NCBI RefSeq assembly: GCF_006345805.1
Contig: NC_042997.1
Coordinates: forward strand, 77,810,001 to 77,874,000
Direction: 5' to 3'
Source of the DNA: Octopus sinensis
Lineage: Eukaryota
DNA: 64,000 nucleotides
Shown in pieces: positions 22,804-36,758 of the stretch; the stretch's first letter is position 1, and each line of letters starts with the position of its first letter. The translations under genes were made by a program, and so were the position numbers. Below the pieces are notes generated by a model. The model had not been told where the DNA came from and searched no databases. It worked only from the letters and a program-made list of their open reading frames with translations.

Positions 22804-23225
22804 AGGTGGCAAGCTAGCTGAATCATTAACATGCCGGGTTAAATTCTTAGCAGCATTTCATCCATCTTGACGTTCCGAGTTCAAATTCCACCAAGCTCAA
22901 CTATGCCTTTTATCCTTTCAGGGTCAATAAAATAATTACCAATTGAACGCTAGGGTCTATCTAATCAACTTATCCCCTTTTCCAAAATTGTTGGCCTTGT
23001 GCCAAAATATGAAACCAATATTTCTTGCGCCCAAGGCAGGAAGCTTGCGGAATAGTTAGCATGCCAAGCAAAATACTCAGTGGTGTTTTGTCCATTTTTT
23101 AATGTTCTAAGTTCAGTTGCCGCCAAGATCATCTTTGCCTTTCAGCCATTTTGAGGGCAAGCCCTGGGGTTGATGAAACTGACTTGCTCCTTCCACTGAA
23201 ATTACTCTGCTAAAACTTGCCAATA
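22804..23225 (+). mobile_element. Two adjacent copies of tRNA-derived SINE family 2
   Basis: GG.GGC.AGCT.GC.GAATC.TTA.CATGCC..G..AAAT.CTTAG...CATTT..TCC heads at 22804 and about 23034. A third copy lies at 62222-62420. Confidence 0.75.
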
Positions 23226-24432
23226 TTTCCAAATATTTCACGCAGTTTTCTTTCCCTTTCATTTCTTTCTTTCTTATCTCACTATTGTCTATTTTCCCTT
23301 TCTTTTTTTCCTCTTTTTAATCTCTTTCTCTCTCTCTCTCTCCCTTTCTCTCTCACTTGCTCTCTCTGTCTTAGGCTTGCTCTTTCACACACACTCTCTC
23401 TCTCACTCACTTTCTGTCTCTCTCGCTCTCTTTTTCTCTCTTTTACTCGTTTACTTGTTTCAGTCATTTGACTGTAGCCACGCTGGAGCACCGCCTCTCT
23501 CTTCATTTTCAGGAAGTTTCTTCTTCCTACCCTTTTTAATTCTCCCTTTTTTATATCCTTGTCCCTCACCATTGCTATTTCTCTCTTAATCTTTCACAAC
23601 ACTATTCACATCATACTTCTCTCACCCTTCCAACCTCACATTTCTTACCTTTTCTTTATTTTTCCACTATTATTCTTTCTTCTATTATTGTTTTCATTCA
23701 CTCTCAAACACACACATAACTTTTCTTTCATGACTATCATTTCTCTTTTGTAGTTTTACACTTCAACTTTACACTTCTTTCTTCCCCTCATTCCCTCTCA
23801 TACATACTCTATTGTATCTCTGACTGCCTTCTCTATATATTTTCTCTATTAATCTTTTTCTCCATATACTCAGTTAACATACAATACTGTTTTCTTTCAT
23901 TTTCCCACATGTTTTCTTTAACCTTTCTCTCTTATTCTCTCTCTCTCTCTCCCTCTCCCTCTCTCTCTCTCTCAGCTTCACTTTATATTGCTGTTTCTGT
24001 CCCTCCACTTTTTGTACTTTCCTCTTAATGTTTATTTTCTTAATTTTTTTTACACCATCTCATGCCTCCTTCTCCAATATACATAATCCATACTTGGCAT
24101 ATATTTTACATTATTTGATTACTACGTTATATTAAATTATCTAAATGAAAATTTCAGAAAAATGGATGGAATGTTTAACCTTCATCCGTTTATCGGGTAT
24201 TTCCAACGAGTAGATAACAACAAAACCATAGCAGTGGCAAGTCACTCCTGGTGGCCAAAAGTGGTTACATAACCAGAAATATGAGTTTTACATTCTATAT
24301 GGCAATTCTCTTGACCAAAATATAAATAACTGTACAGTTGATCTGAAAGAAGACAAAGCTGAAATGCTGTAGTCCTATAAACAGTTTATGTATTATGGTT
24401 TCATACTTTATTCCACTATACTGTCACAACAT

Positions 24433-24830
24433 TGTGGCTGTGTGGTAAAGAAACTTGCTTCTCAACAACATGGTTCCAGGTTCAGTCTCACTTTGTAACA
24501 CCTTGGGCAAATGTCTTCTACTATAACCTCAGGCTGACCAAAGCCTTGTGTGTAGATTTGGTAGACAAAAACTGAAAGAAGCCCGTTGTGTGTGTGTGTT
24601 TGTATGTGTGTGTGTGTGTGTGTGTGTATTTGTATCTGTGTTTGTCCCCCACTATAGCTTGATCACCGGTTTACATACCTGTAACTTAGTGGTTCAAACG
24701 AGAGATCAATAGAATAAGTAATAAGCTTAAAAAACAGTACTGGGGTCAATCCATTCAGCTAAAAATTCTTCAAGTCGATGCCCCCGTATGGCTACAGTCA
24801 AATGACTGAAACAAGTAAAAATAAAAGTAT
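24433..24830 (+). mobile_element. SINE family 1 copy
   Basis: GTGGCTGTGTGGTAAAGAAACTTGC head, central (GT)n, and AAATGACTGAAACAAGTAAAA tail. Confidence 0.88.
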
Positions 24831-27149
24831 GCATAGAATCATACATTTTCTCCACTTTAACCACTTTAACAAAACAGACTTGTATAATACAGGTGTGTCT
24901 TAATCAAGAATACATCTTATATGTCAATAATTTAAATTTCACTATGGTTTTCCCTATATTTCTTGACTAGAATTCATTAAAGTAATGAATCAAGAAAAAA
25001 ACTTCGGGACAAATTGACCAACAGTTGGAATTCAACTTCAGACTGGAACAATAGAATGACTGCACTACATAATTCATTCTCATCCATCCTTAAACTCTGA
25101 TCAAACAACACCAGGACATATAGTCATTATAGATGTATTATAGTCATGCCATTTAGCTCTCTTTAGTTTTGGGCTGCAGGCCCAGTTAGCCCTCCACAGG
25201 AGCTAGCTTAAAAGTCTGCATAGAGTGTGGCTAGTGATTAATATTTGCTTTTTATTTAATCACTTTAATGTTACAATATGGACTAAGATCTGTTCAGTGA
25301 GAAAAATTATGCAAAACCTGAAACCTTTTCACTTGAAATTAAGTAATCAAATTTGTGAAGTGTGGTAGTGTCTTGGAAAAAGCAAGAAAGAAGAAAAAAC
25401 CATCCATGTAGAACTTTCAGATGTTCTAATATCTTTTCATAGTTTACTCTTATAAGTAAATCTTTAATTTCCTCTAAATCACCAATGCACATTTTGACTG
25501 TGAAATGATTACCAATACACCATTTTACAACTTCCAGAATGTACTTTTGATTTTGACATGACAGAGAAAATATAACACCACCTGAAGTGTTTACATAATA
25601 TATTTGAACCAACAAAATTTGAAGCCAAAAATTGAAACCTGAAAAAAAGTTAATCTGAAAAATAATTTAAACCACTTCTGAATATCACAATCCCATTCTG
25701 ATTGAACCCAGGCTGAATATTGCTTCTTATTAACAGTAGAAATCATCTTTTTTCTTCTAAGATGATAAATTGCAACATTTAATATGTCAATTCAACATTC
25801 TAAGCTCTAACATGTGAAGGCACTTGAATGTTTTGCAGGTAAAACCTTTTGGTTGTTTTTCTTATCTTGCTTAAATATATTTAAGTTGATCTAAGCTTAT
25901 TCACAATAGACATTTGGGTTGTAGACTTAATCTGTTGTCCAGTTTAACACCATCACCTGACTCATGAGTATTTTTAGTTGAGTTTATTTTCTTGCAAGCA
26001 TTTGGACCAGAATTCTAATAAACACATGCCGAGAGTTATTAATACCCAAAATAAAATATACAGTCACATAAATTTTGTATCGACTACTTTAAAACGACGC
26101 TGAATTGTTGCATCCAAGCTATGCAGAAGATGGTTCAAGTTGAGCTTCTTAAAAATGCATAAAAATAAAAACATAAATACATAAAAATAAAAATATAAAT
26201 ACAAAAAAATATATAAAACCCAAACAAAATTTTACTCCTGCATTTTTCTCAAATTCTGGAAGAAGATACTTTTGGAAAGATGTACTCTTATGCAAAATTT
26301 TAGTTACTGAGGTATAAAACTGTTGCTTACAACTTGGAACTATATACATATGTATATTCACTTTTATAATATAAAAGGTTTTTGTCATATTCTATGGAAG
26401 TTATAAAATAGCACCAGAGATGTTGACTTGTGTATTATAAATATATTTCAAGATAATTGGAGACCTTAAAGCCAGGATAAAAATAATCCAGTTGAAACAT
26501 TTTGATATTCAAACTACAATGATAGAAACAGATATAAAATGGAAGAGTGTTGAAATAACTTTGTACAATATATTTGGTTGTATTTCTTGAAAAATTAACT
26601 TGTGGTGAATCTGGAATTAAGCAAGATATGGCCCTGTATTTAATTTAGTTCACTGTAATTCTATTAATATTAATTCAATTGATATTTATGGAAGAATCTA
26701 AACGGAATGAATTTTAAAAATATACACAGATTTGAGGCACAATAGTTAAAGTGTTTACCTGGTTGAAAAACATGTTCAACTCCTACTTCATGGTTGAATG
26801 TATAGTGGAGAGAGATACCTAGATGAATAAACTACTGTTCAACAATTTTTCTCTCAGTCAAGTTGATGCATAAAAAAGGCTGTAAAATGGCAATTTATAT
26901 TGTTACAAGGCCACTTTAAAATTCAATGAAATAATTTCTTGGCCATTTTTTGCCAGAAATGCAACTCTGGAATTTCCTGCCAGTATTTTGTTTACAAACT
27001 TGGATCAGCAAGACTCCAAAACAACAGCAAAAACACCCACCACCATCATTTTCACATGTGCTTCTGATGCTGGCATGGGTTCATTGGGTTACCAAGGTCT
27101 GAATCAATTCTTATTCAGATTCACTGCTACATGAATTAGAGGGCCATGT

Positions 27150-27450
27150 CTCATCTACATACATAACACTGAGAATGTGTCTGTATGTTCAAATTTTACA
27201 CATGCCTTACTTAGGGTCCATGCAATGTCATGGGCCCCCAAAATTTTCAACTTCTTGGCTAATGCAAGCCCGGTGCAATCTCTTATCTCTTACACTATTT
27301 CAGTATTATGTGTCAAAAGTGAAACAATAACATCTCTACTGTAATGTGAGATGATACTTTCAGTTTTAATAGTTTCACCATTAATATTTTCACTATGTCA
27401 ATAATATATACATAATGAAATTATTAATACTGAAACTATCATCTCACATA
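27150..27450 (+). mobile_element. Fragment of the non-autonomous Helitron family found at 42196
   Basis: TTCAAATTTTACACATGCCTTACTTAGGGTCCATG and ACTATTTCAGTATTATGTGT.AAAAGTGAAACA are shared with 42270-42420. Confidence 0.75.
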
Positions 27451-27463
27451 TATACCTGGATAC

Positions 27464-27517
<54 letters not shown>

Positions 27518-27520
<3 letters not shown>

Positions 27521-28419
27521 TTTTATTTGTTTCAGTCATTTAACTGTGGCCATGCTGGAGTACAGCCTTTAGTCAAACAAATCAACCCCAGGACTTATTC
27601 TTTGTGAGCCTAGTACTTATCCTATCACTCTCTTTTCCTGAACTGCTAAGTTATGGGGATGTAAACACACCCACATTGGTTGTCAAGCAATGGTATTATC
27701 CATATAAATCCATGGGATGATTATAATCAAAGTAAGCAACAAGAATATCTTCGGTAACCAAAGATATTCTTGTTGCTTACTTTGATTATATATATATATA
27801 ATATATATATATATATACATAGGAGCAGGCATTGCTGTGTGGTAGGTAGCTTGCTTATCAACCACATGGTTCTGGGTTCAGTCCCACTGCATGGCACCTT
27901 GGGGCCAGTGTTTTCTACTATAGCCTTGGGCCAACCAAAGATTTGTGAGTGGATTTGGTAGACAGAAACTGAAAGAAGCCCATCATATATATATATATAT
28001 ATATATTCTTTTATTTGTTTCAGTCATTTAACTGTGGCCATGCTGGAGTACAGCCTTTAGTCAAACAAATCAACCCCAGGACTTATTCTTTGTGAGCCTA
28101 GTACTTATCCTATCACTCTCTTTTCCTGAACTGCTAAGTTATGGGGATGTAAACACACCCACATTGGTTGTCAAGCAATGGTGGTGATATATGTATGTAT
28201 GTGTGTGTGTATATGTTTGTGTGTCTGTCCCCCACCACCACCACCACCATTGCTTGACAACCAATGTGGGTGTGTTTACATCCCCATAACTTAGCAGTTC
28301 AGGAAAAGAGAGTGATAGGATAAGTACTAGGCTCACAAAGAATAAGTCCTGGGGTTGATTTGTTTGACTAAAGGCTGTACTCCAGCATGGCCACAGTTAA
28401 ATGACTGAAACAAATAAAA

Positions 28420-28460
<41 letters not shown>

Positions 28461-28623
28461 GCTTCTTTCAGTTTCTGTCTACCAAATCCACTCACAAATC
28501 TTTGGTTGGCCCAAGGCTATAGTAGAAAACACTGGCCCCAAGGTGCCATGCAGTGGGACTGAACCCAGAACCATGTGGTTGATAAGCAAGCTACCTACCA
28601 CACAGCAATGCCTGCTCCTATGT

Positions 28624-28657
<34 letters not shown>

Positions 28658-28754
28658 ATCAAAGTAAGCAACAAGAATATCTTTGGTTACCGAAGATATT
28701 CTTGTTGCTTACTTTGATTATAATCATCCCATGGATTTATATGGATAATACCAT
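27518..28754. repeat. Fold-back palindrome built from SINE halves: arms 27690-28186 and 28242-28754, 55-bp spacer, extra direct copy at 27518-27694
   Basis: The arms are reverse complements and differ essentially only in (TA)n length. Each arm contains a 30-bp-stem hairpin (27722-27790 and 28654-28722). Confidence 0.95.
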
Positions 28755-29199
28755 ACAAAATTCTGGTACATCTGACTTAAGTACCATATTCATTTGAATC
28801 TTAATTTTGCTGAACTTATATATATATATATAAACGATTGTTTCATACAACTCCATTTAATTGAACAATGCAATCATTATATCAATTTAAAATGCAGAGC
28901 AATCTTCAGCTGTGCAAAGACATAGAATTTAATTAAATTAGAACAGATGGACATATTGCTATAATTATACCTAAAATCTCCAAGAAATTAAGGAGATAGA
29001 CAAAAAACACGCTGTCTCACTCCCAGCATAGAAGTTATTAAGTTTTCAAGAAGATATACTTTGTTACAGACTCTGCCTGTCACTGATTTTTAAAAATTTT
29101 TATGGGGTCAGTTTTAATTTATAGACTAGTTTATCAAATCCCTTGTATATCTAAGGCTGAGAGAACAGAGGGCAGTATCTGTTAGGGGTAGGGCCGAGG

Positions 29200-31480
29200 G
29201 AGTAGACAGACATCATAGTTGGTATAGTCATAAAAATCAAGATTTATTAGAAGTAATATCATGAGGTTTGGTAAAGAAAATCTTAAAACAAGATGTTAGC
29301 TGACAATTAAGGGGTTCACCCACTAGCAGACCATTGATAATGAAACAGGGGAAGTCCATTCATGTAGTACTATAGTTAAATATTTTAAACAATGTTACTA
29401 TATTGTATACAGTTAAAGTTTAGGATTATTCAGAGGATTATTAAGAAGAATATTATAACAAAAGGATAGAAATTTATGAACACTTTTGAGTATATACCAA
29501 ACTTTTACCACAATAGTGGGAGGAAAGAAATTATCCAGAAATAGTTTAATATTTATACATATTGTACACTTAAATACTAACTCATCAGATGGTATCTGTG
29601 AATATTGATTAATTGGTATATACTGGTATTAATAAAGGAGTATTGAGGTAAAGGAACATGCTAATTATATATTAATAAAATTATGATTTAAGCAGTTTTT
29701 TTATAAGTAGTGAATATACCAATATAGTTTTATATAAGCTAAGTATGAATTTATAGCGATACAAAAATTAGATTGATTTTATAAATAAATAAAGGCTTAT
29801 TATAAAACAATAAAGAAATAAAATAAAATAATCAAGTAGGGCAGAACACCATAGAAAAGGAAATAAAATAGCTTAATTACTAATACTATGGTAAAGTATA
29901 TGTAGCTTATTAACACAAATAGAGAAGATTTTTAGAAAAAGTATAATAATTCAAAATATAGTAGACTAAAAATTATATATTTACTTATTTAGCTAATATC
30001 AATAAAAGACCGATGTCTGGTATCAGCTAAAGGACTATTTAAGTTATGGAACAACCACATTTTACACTAATCTTTTTTGAAAAACTAAGGGTTATATTAT
30101 AGGTTTAAGAAGTTATTATTGTTACTCCATACATGATATTTATAGTTTCTTAGGGGTATTTAATTAGAAGGGCTACTTATATAAAGGATCTTATAGATAC
30201 TAAGATCAGGAGGGTAGAGCCATTTAAGAAAGAGATAAATCAAGTAATTTCTAAAGATCATTTCAAACAATATTGTCTTATTGTATAAAGTTAAAATTTA
30301 GGGTAATCAAGAAGATTGTTAAGAATGAAATTTTAATAAAAGGATAAAACTTCTTTGAATATTTTGCATATATACCAAATTTTTTACCACAATAGAGAGA
30401 GGAAAAGAAAATTGCAAAGAAATAGTAAAATTTTTATTTACTTATTACTTATCTAAATATTAACCTATTATATGGTTTCTATGGAGATTGATCAATTGGA
30501 TTTAACTGGTATTTAATAAGGAAGCAACTGAGGTTAAAGAACATGTTAACTATATACTGATTTAATTAAAATTGAACTAATTTTTAAGTTGTCGAGATAC
30601 CGGTATTACCTTATATAAGCTGAGTATGAATTAATAGGGGTACAAAGATTAGATTTATTTAAGGCTACTATAAAATAATAATAATAATGATAATAATAAT
30701 AATAATAATAAGAAGATGATGATGATGATGGTCAGTTAGGGTAGAGCATCATAGAAAAGGAATAAAAACAGCCTAATCATTAAAAACCATAATAAAATAT
30801 CCATACCTTATTAACTTCAATAGTAAGTATTTATAGAAAATGTATAATAATTTAATTATTATGAGCTAAAAATTGTTAATTGAAACCTGGTATTAGTTAA
30901 AAGGACATGCTAATTATATACTAATATTAAATTAAGAGGTATAATATAGATTTTAAAAGTTATTTGTGTTAATCCATAAATATTACAGTTTCTTAGGGGT
31001 ACTTAATTAGAAGGGCTATTTGTATAAAGTCAATATAAATACCAAAATTAAGAGGATGGAACACTTTAAGAAAGGGATAAAAAACTTAGTTGCTAAAACT
31101 ATTTTAAACAATATGTCATTATTGTGTAAATTTAAAATTTAGGGTTATCAGATAGATTTATCATTGAGGTGAGAGAACAAATTTACTATAAATTAGTTAA
31201 ATTACAATTTAGGCAGTTTAATTTTAAGTTGTGAAGATACCCATATTGTTTTTTATAAGCTAAGTATGGATTTATAGGAGTACAAAAATTTAGGTTTGTC
31301 TAAAGGCAATCATAAAGTATTAAAATGATCAGGTAGGGTAGAAACACAATAGAAAGGATATAAAATAGCTTAATCACTAAAATCTTGATGAAGTATATAT
31401 ACAACTTAATAACTTCAATAGAGAAGATTTATAGAAAATATGTAATAATTCAAGTATTTAAAACTAAAATTTTTTTATTG
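29200..31480. repeat. Diverged AT-rich tandem array, unit about 840-900 bp, roughly 2.5-3 copies; possibly decayed LINE endonuclease sequence
   Basis: Anchors TTAAA(G/A)TTTAGG at 29413/30291/31132, TATAAGCT.AGTATG at 29731/30612/31254, and ATAGAAA.GGA at about 29851/30751/31349. Confidence 0.75.
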
Positions 31481-32129
31481 ACTTAATTAGCTTGTGTCCT
31501 ACAGCATTAATTTTCCGTTAGTTAATACTGAGTATCAGTGATTATAGACACATCTCTTCAATTAAGAAATTTGCATAAGGTGGAAATCGATGTCTTAAAA
31601 AAAGAACTAGACATTATAATTCTGAAATGCAAAAAGTTTGTTTGTCTGGTTTTGGCATTGAGAACGGGTTAAAGGCCACTAGATCCCGTTAGATTGACTC
31701 CAAAATTTACAGGGACATGTAAAATGAGGTGAGGATGAGAGTGGGCTAGGTTAGAAATCCCCATCTTAAAAGGTGTTGTTGCTAGGGCCAAAAACGCACA
31801 CTTTGACAAGTCTACTCTCATTCTTTTATGTGTCTGTCTTCTTCCATCTCTCACTCTCTTTCCTCCCTTCCTTTCACTTTCTATCTATAACGTCGTTTCA
31901 CAGCGTCCTATATCTCACCCCTCCCCTGCCTTCAACAGCGCTTTCACACTCTCTCTCTATGCCTGTCTGCATTCATAGACAGAATTATCATCACTACCAC
32001 CACCACACAATCATGAGAACAAATATTATGAATCAGATATTTATTGGGTTAATTTATATATGTGTGTGTGTGTTCTAAATATAAATATGTATATATAATG
32101 TATATATACAAAGTGTATATATCTGTATT

Positions 32130-32228
<99 letters not shown>

Positions 32229-33372
32229 AATGAATGTTTTTATATATAATGAACGTGAAATACAGGAAGGGACGAACACGGAACACAGACAAATCATTCG
32301 AAGCCTTCAATCTTCAGTCAGACACCGAATCATCATAGCAAATTTCGGCTGTTCAATATATATATATATATATATATAATTAGTATACATTTATATATAT
32401 AATGCGTACACACACACAAACACACACATATATATATAATGTGTATATATGTACATATATATATTTAATGCATATATATATATATATAATGTGTGCATTA
32501 TGTGGTCAGTTGAGCTGAAAATATGCACACCTATGTTAAGAGTGCTGGCAAGTTTGCATGGCAACTATTTTTTTCCTCAAATGAAAGGCGTGACCTCTAG
32601 GACAAAATTCCTCATCTTATAAAATGTGGCCCGAGTAGACCCAAATAAAATCGGGTTATATTAACCAAAATCTGAAAAGGGGTCTAAATGGGTCTGGAAG
32701 GGGATTAAAATTTACAGGAGCGGGTGTTTAGGAATTCTCTGTTACATCAAGCTAAAAAATTTATGCCAGCCTTTAAATCTTCATGCGTTGCCATCCATGA
32801 AGAAGTTTTGAATGCTTGCCATGGTGAGTCTACTGTCATGAGAAAGAATCATTTCAAAACTTAGTGTTCAGGAATTTTCTTTTACATCAAGTTCAAAATT
32901 TTACGCCAGCCGTTAAACTGCCACTACGTTGCTGTCCGTCATTAAGAAATGCCAGCAATGGTAACTCTACTATCCTCAGATTCTATCCCTTCAAACTTTG
33001 GTTTCCAATATTTTTAAAATTTTTATTCAGCTCGCAAGTCCGTCTGTCCCTTTTAAATGTTAGTGTTTTGCTGTCTGCCTTGAAGCAGACCTTTCCGTTT
33101 TCACAGCCTGATATTTATGATTGATCTTTCAAAATATTTTCTTCCACAACTCACTCAAGATCTTTTGTTGTTTATAAATGGGAGAGAGAAAGATAGAGAG
33201 TAAGAAAAAGTGAGGTAGAGTCCGAGAGAAAGAAAGAGTAAGAGAGTGGGAAAGTTAGAGAGAAAGGAGAGAGAAACTAAGAGGGAGAATGTGGTGATAA
33301 AAAACAGAAAGGGAGCAACAGAAAGTAACAACCACACTCTTACCCGCACGTAGAGCGGGTCACCTTAAGCTA

Positions 33373-33407
<35 letters not shown>

Positions 33408-33580
33408 CACACACACATATATATAGGGAGAATTCACAAAAAAACAAAAGAGAAAGACAGGTGGTGTGGACAACAAATACATGTATTAGTTTAATGCTCA
33501 GGAAGTGAAGAAGTCTTTAATGTTTCGAGCCACAGAAAGAAACAAGGAGAGGAAATAAGGATTGTGTTGTAGCTATCAGG

Positions 33581-33633
<53 letters not shown>

Positions 33634-33724
33634 GCACATATATATATGCACATATTGGTTGGTATCCTTTTTGTCTCGGGAGACAATGGAGTTGCACATA
33701 AAATAGTGTAGTCTGGCTTTTACC

Positions 33725-34480
33725 TTTCATGTCCTAATACATTTCCTGCTGTGGCTGTGTAGTCCTATCCTGGACAAACACTCCCTCAGGCAGGTGCCGC
33801 AAACGTAGCGAAGACTTTTCCTGGCTGGTTGTAATGTCATAGTTTCTTGTTGACGTCTTTTTTTGTCTTTCCATTTCTCCTCTCTCTCTCTGTGTCACTC
33901 CTTTGTGTTCCCTCTTTTATGGTACGCCATCAATCTCCACGGTTGCTGGCAGCTGCTTCCCTGTTGCTAATATTGATGTTGCAGGCCTTCATGTCCCTTT
34001 TGCAAACATCCTTGTAATGTAAGAACGGTCTTCCCACAGACCTAATGCCCCTAGCAAGTTCTCCATAGAGTATGTCCTTGGGGATTCTGCCATCTTTCAT
34101 ACAGCTAACATGTCCAAGCCATCTCATACGTCTTTGTGTGAGGAGTGCAAACATGCTTGGTATTCCTGCTTGCTTGAGGACATCTTTGTTGGGGACATGA
34201 TTCTGCCATTTGATGCAAAGGATTTTCTGGAGGCAGCACAGGTGAAAGATGTTTAGGCGATGCTCTTGGTGTGTGTATGGCGTCCAAGTTTCACTTCCAT
34301 ACAGTAGAGTGTGGTCTTGGTCAGCTTATTGTTGTCCCATGCCCATTTGGAGAGTTGGGCCATCACAGCAGCTGCCTTGCCAATGCATATATTGAGCTCA
34401 GCATCAAGGGATAGGTTGTAGGTAATGGTAGAGCCAAGATAGGTAAACTTCTCCGCCTCTTATAGTCTGTGGTCTCCAAT
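33725..34480 (-). mobile_element. RTE-BovB-like 3' fragment, degenerate
   Basis: LLTQRRMRWLGHVSCMKDGRIPKDILYGELARGIRSVGRPFLHYKDVCKRDMK, preceded by YLGS..T..LSLDAEL..CIGKAA. Confidence 0.85.
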
Positions 34481-34482
34481 AT

Positions 34483-34516
<34 letters not shown>

Positions 34517-36549
34517 GCATATATGGGTACAGGATGTCACTAACAGTAAACAACATGAAATACGAAAACAAATGAGTTCAATACATAAACAACAAGAGAA
34601 ACAAATGGAAAACAGGACAAGGAACATAAAGAACGACCCTTCATCAGTTGTCGGCTGTCTATCTACTCCTCATTTCGAGCATTGGACGACAAATATGTAT
34701 ATTGATTTGTAATTGGATTTTTATTTCAAGATAAGTATTTCTGAAGCATTCTGAAGTATATGTACCTTTAAAATGTAGGCTGTTTTCCAAGATACACAGT
34801 AACTAGTGTATTTGTGTGAGTGGAGAGAGAGAGAAACAAAAAGTGTGTGTGTGTGTATTTGTGCGTACACAGAGTGAAGGGTAGAGATATGTCGGATCAC
34901 TTTTGAATGCTACTAGTATCATGCAATCCAGTATAACCTGTTACATGGTTGTGTTACTTGTAACTTAACTAGCACCTACTCTCAATAGATTGGCTTTGTG
35001 AGGAGGGTTGCCAGAAACTTAACAGCCCCATCCCCAAAAAATAAAAAAACAAAACTGAAACAACCCCAACCAGAGTATGGATGAATTCGGCATAGGGTCA
35101 ACAACTATCTAGTAATAGTGCGTGTGGACATAAAATTACTTGTGATAGGAAACTGGGGAATAAAGCATACTGTTGATCACTTTGATAGTGAAGGATATTT
35201 TTATGGATAGTTCAGTTTCTGGCTCATTGCAACAAATGTTGGGCTACTAAGAAAAAAGTGAGCTGTTCTATGTGATAAGTGAATATAATTCTGTGCGCAT
35301 TTCATTACCATCGTTTCAACTACTTTTCCATACTTGCATGGGTCAGATGGAATTTGTTTAGGTAGGTTTTCTACTGTTAGGGTTAATATAATCTTTTCTG
35401 TGCTTGGATGGCTCAGGTGGGATGCACTGAGGTGGAATTTCTACAGTTAGATGCTCTTGTTGTCAACCCTTACCTGAAAATAAGTTTCAATTTAATATAT
35501 GTGTGTGTGTGTGTGCACGCACACGTGTGATGTACTCAAATGTATTTTGCTGATTGAAAACATCAGAGTGTTATAAAATAGTTTTTCTGATTTATAATTC
35601 TTGGCAAAATGCTGGTTGTTATTAAAACTGCTTTGTCAAAATGTTATTGCTTTGTAACTGACCAGGGGTTTTATATATGATCTTGGTGTTAAAACATCTA
35701 TTGCCTCTACTATTTGTTAAACTTGTGCTTAGATAAAAACAAGTTAGTTTTCTACCAGTGCTTTACTGTACCTGCTTGTAAGCATGTTTTACATGTATAG
35801 ATGCATACATATTAGACAAAAACTAAGTAAAGTTTTTTAAAAGAAAATGAGTGTGTATTTTGTCAGTTTGCTTGCCTCAAAGTGGATGAGTGAAGTAAGC
35901 AAACAGTTGCAAACTTGATATGCTGTAATACATTTCATGGTGTCCTGTGTGATGCACGATCAGAATTACAAAAGTAGGTTTGTGACATTATCAGTTATTT
36001 AAAAGATGACGTTAAAACTCTGAACACATATTTGTAAATCTATGGAGCTGTAAATTAGTGTTTGCTACTTGCAAATGTAAGTTTTGAGTGACATTGTTGT
36101 TTTAATTGTTGTTATTTATTTTAGTAAGTGGTTATTTTTACAGCTGTGTTCATATCCTGTTTCTACACTTGTGAAGTTGGGAATTGAATTAAAATTTCTA
36201 GTCATTGGATGAGTTAAGCCATGCAGCTTTCAGATTATATTTACAAAAAGTAATGTAGTCCTGTGTAAAGCTTTGTTAAACAATTAGAATTTTGCCATTG
36301 TAATTATAATGATTGGTAAGGATTTGATAGGCAGAAACCACATCACAGTTTTGCTTATTTCTGCTTATAAGGCATGTTTCAATCTTTGTGATTTTGAAGC
36401 CTTAAATACTCTATAAAAACATGTAGCACATTTTTCTCTGGATAATTTAATATGAAAGGAACGGTACTCAAAGCTTTGTCACTTTTTGGTAGGAGCTAAG
36501 AATAGTTAGTCCACTCTTTTGTTACTAATTTCTGTTGAAATATGCTTAA

Positions 36550-36758
36550 CCCTTTAGCATTCAGATTACTCTGTCAAATGTATTTATTCACATTGCTTTT
36601 AATTATACATTATCTGATAGCTTCAGAATTTTGATGATGTGATTGGATATTTTTAGAATGACATTGTAGAGTAAGTGTGAGAGACCAGATCTGGCTGGTT
36701 TGAGTATAAAACTGGTAGAATATATAGGCCAGATATGGCCAGTTTGAATGCTAAAGGG
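36550..36758. mobile_element. piggyBac-type MITE
   Basis: TTAA|CCCTTTAGCATTCA...TGAATGCTAAAGGG|TTAA. Confidence 0.88.

Noticed and set aside
25307-25645. 102-110-codon minus-strand ORF preceded by a TTTTTTTCAG acceptor
   Set aside because: No recognisable domain or linked exon. By my rough estimate about one ORF of this length is expected by chance in 128 kb of AT-rich strands.
34630-34685. CUGAUGA and GAAA on the minus strand
   Set aside because: The motifs are in type-II order, but stems I and III cannot be formed.
35867-36250. Possible plus-strand exons (35867-35894 with an AA|GTAAGC donor; acceptor near 36145)
   Set aside because: Joining them gives only a short ORF with no recognisable protein, and similar splice-like motifs are common in AT-rich DNA.
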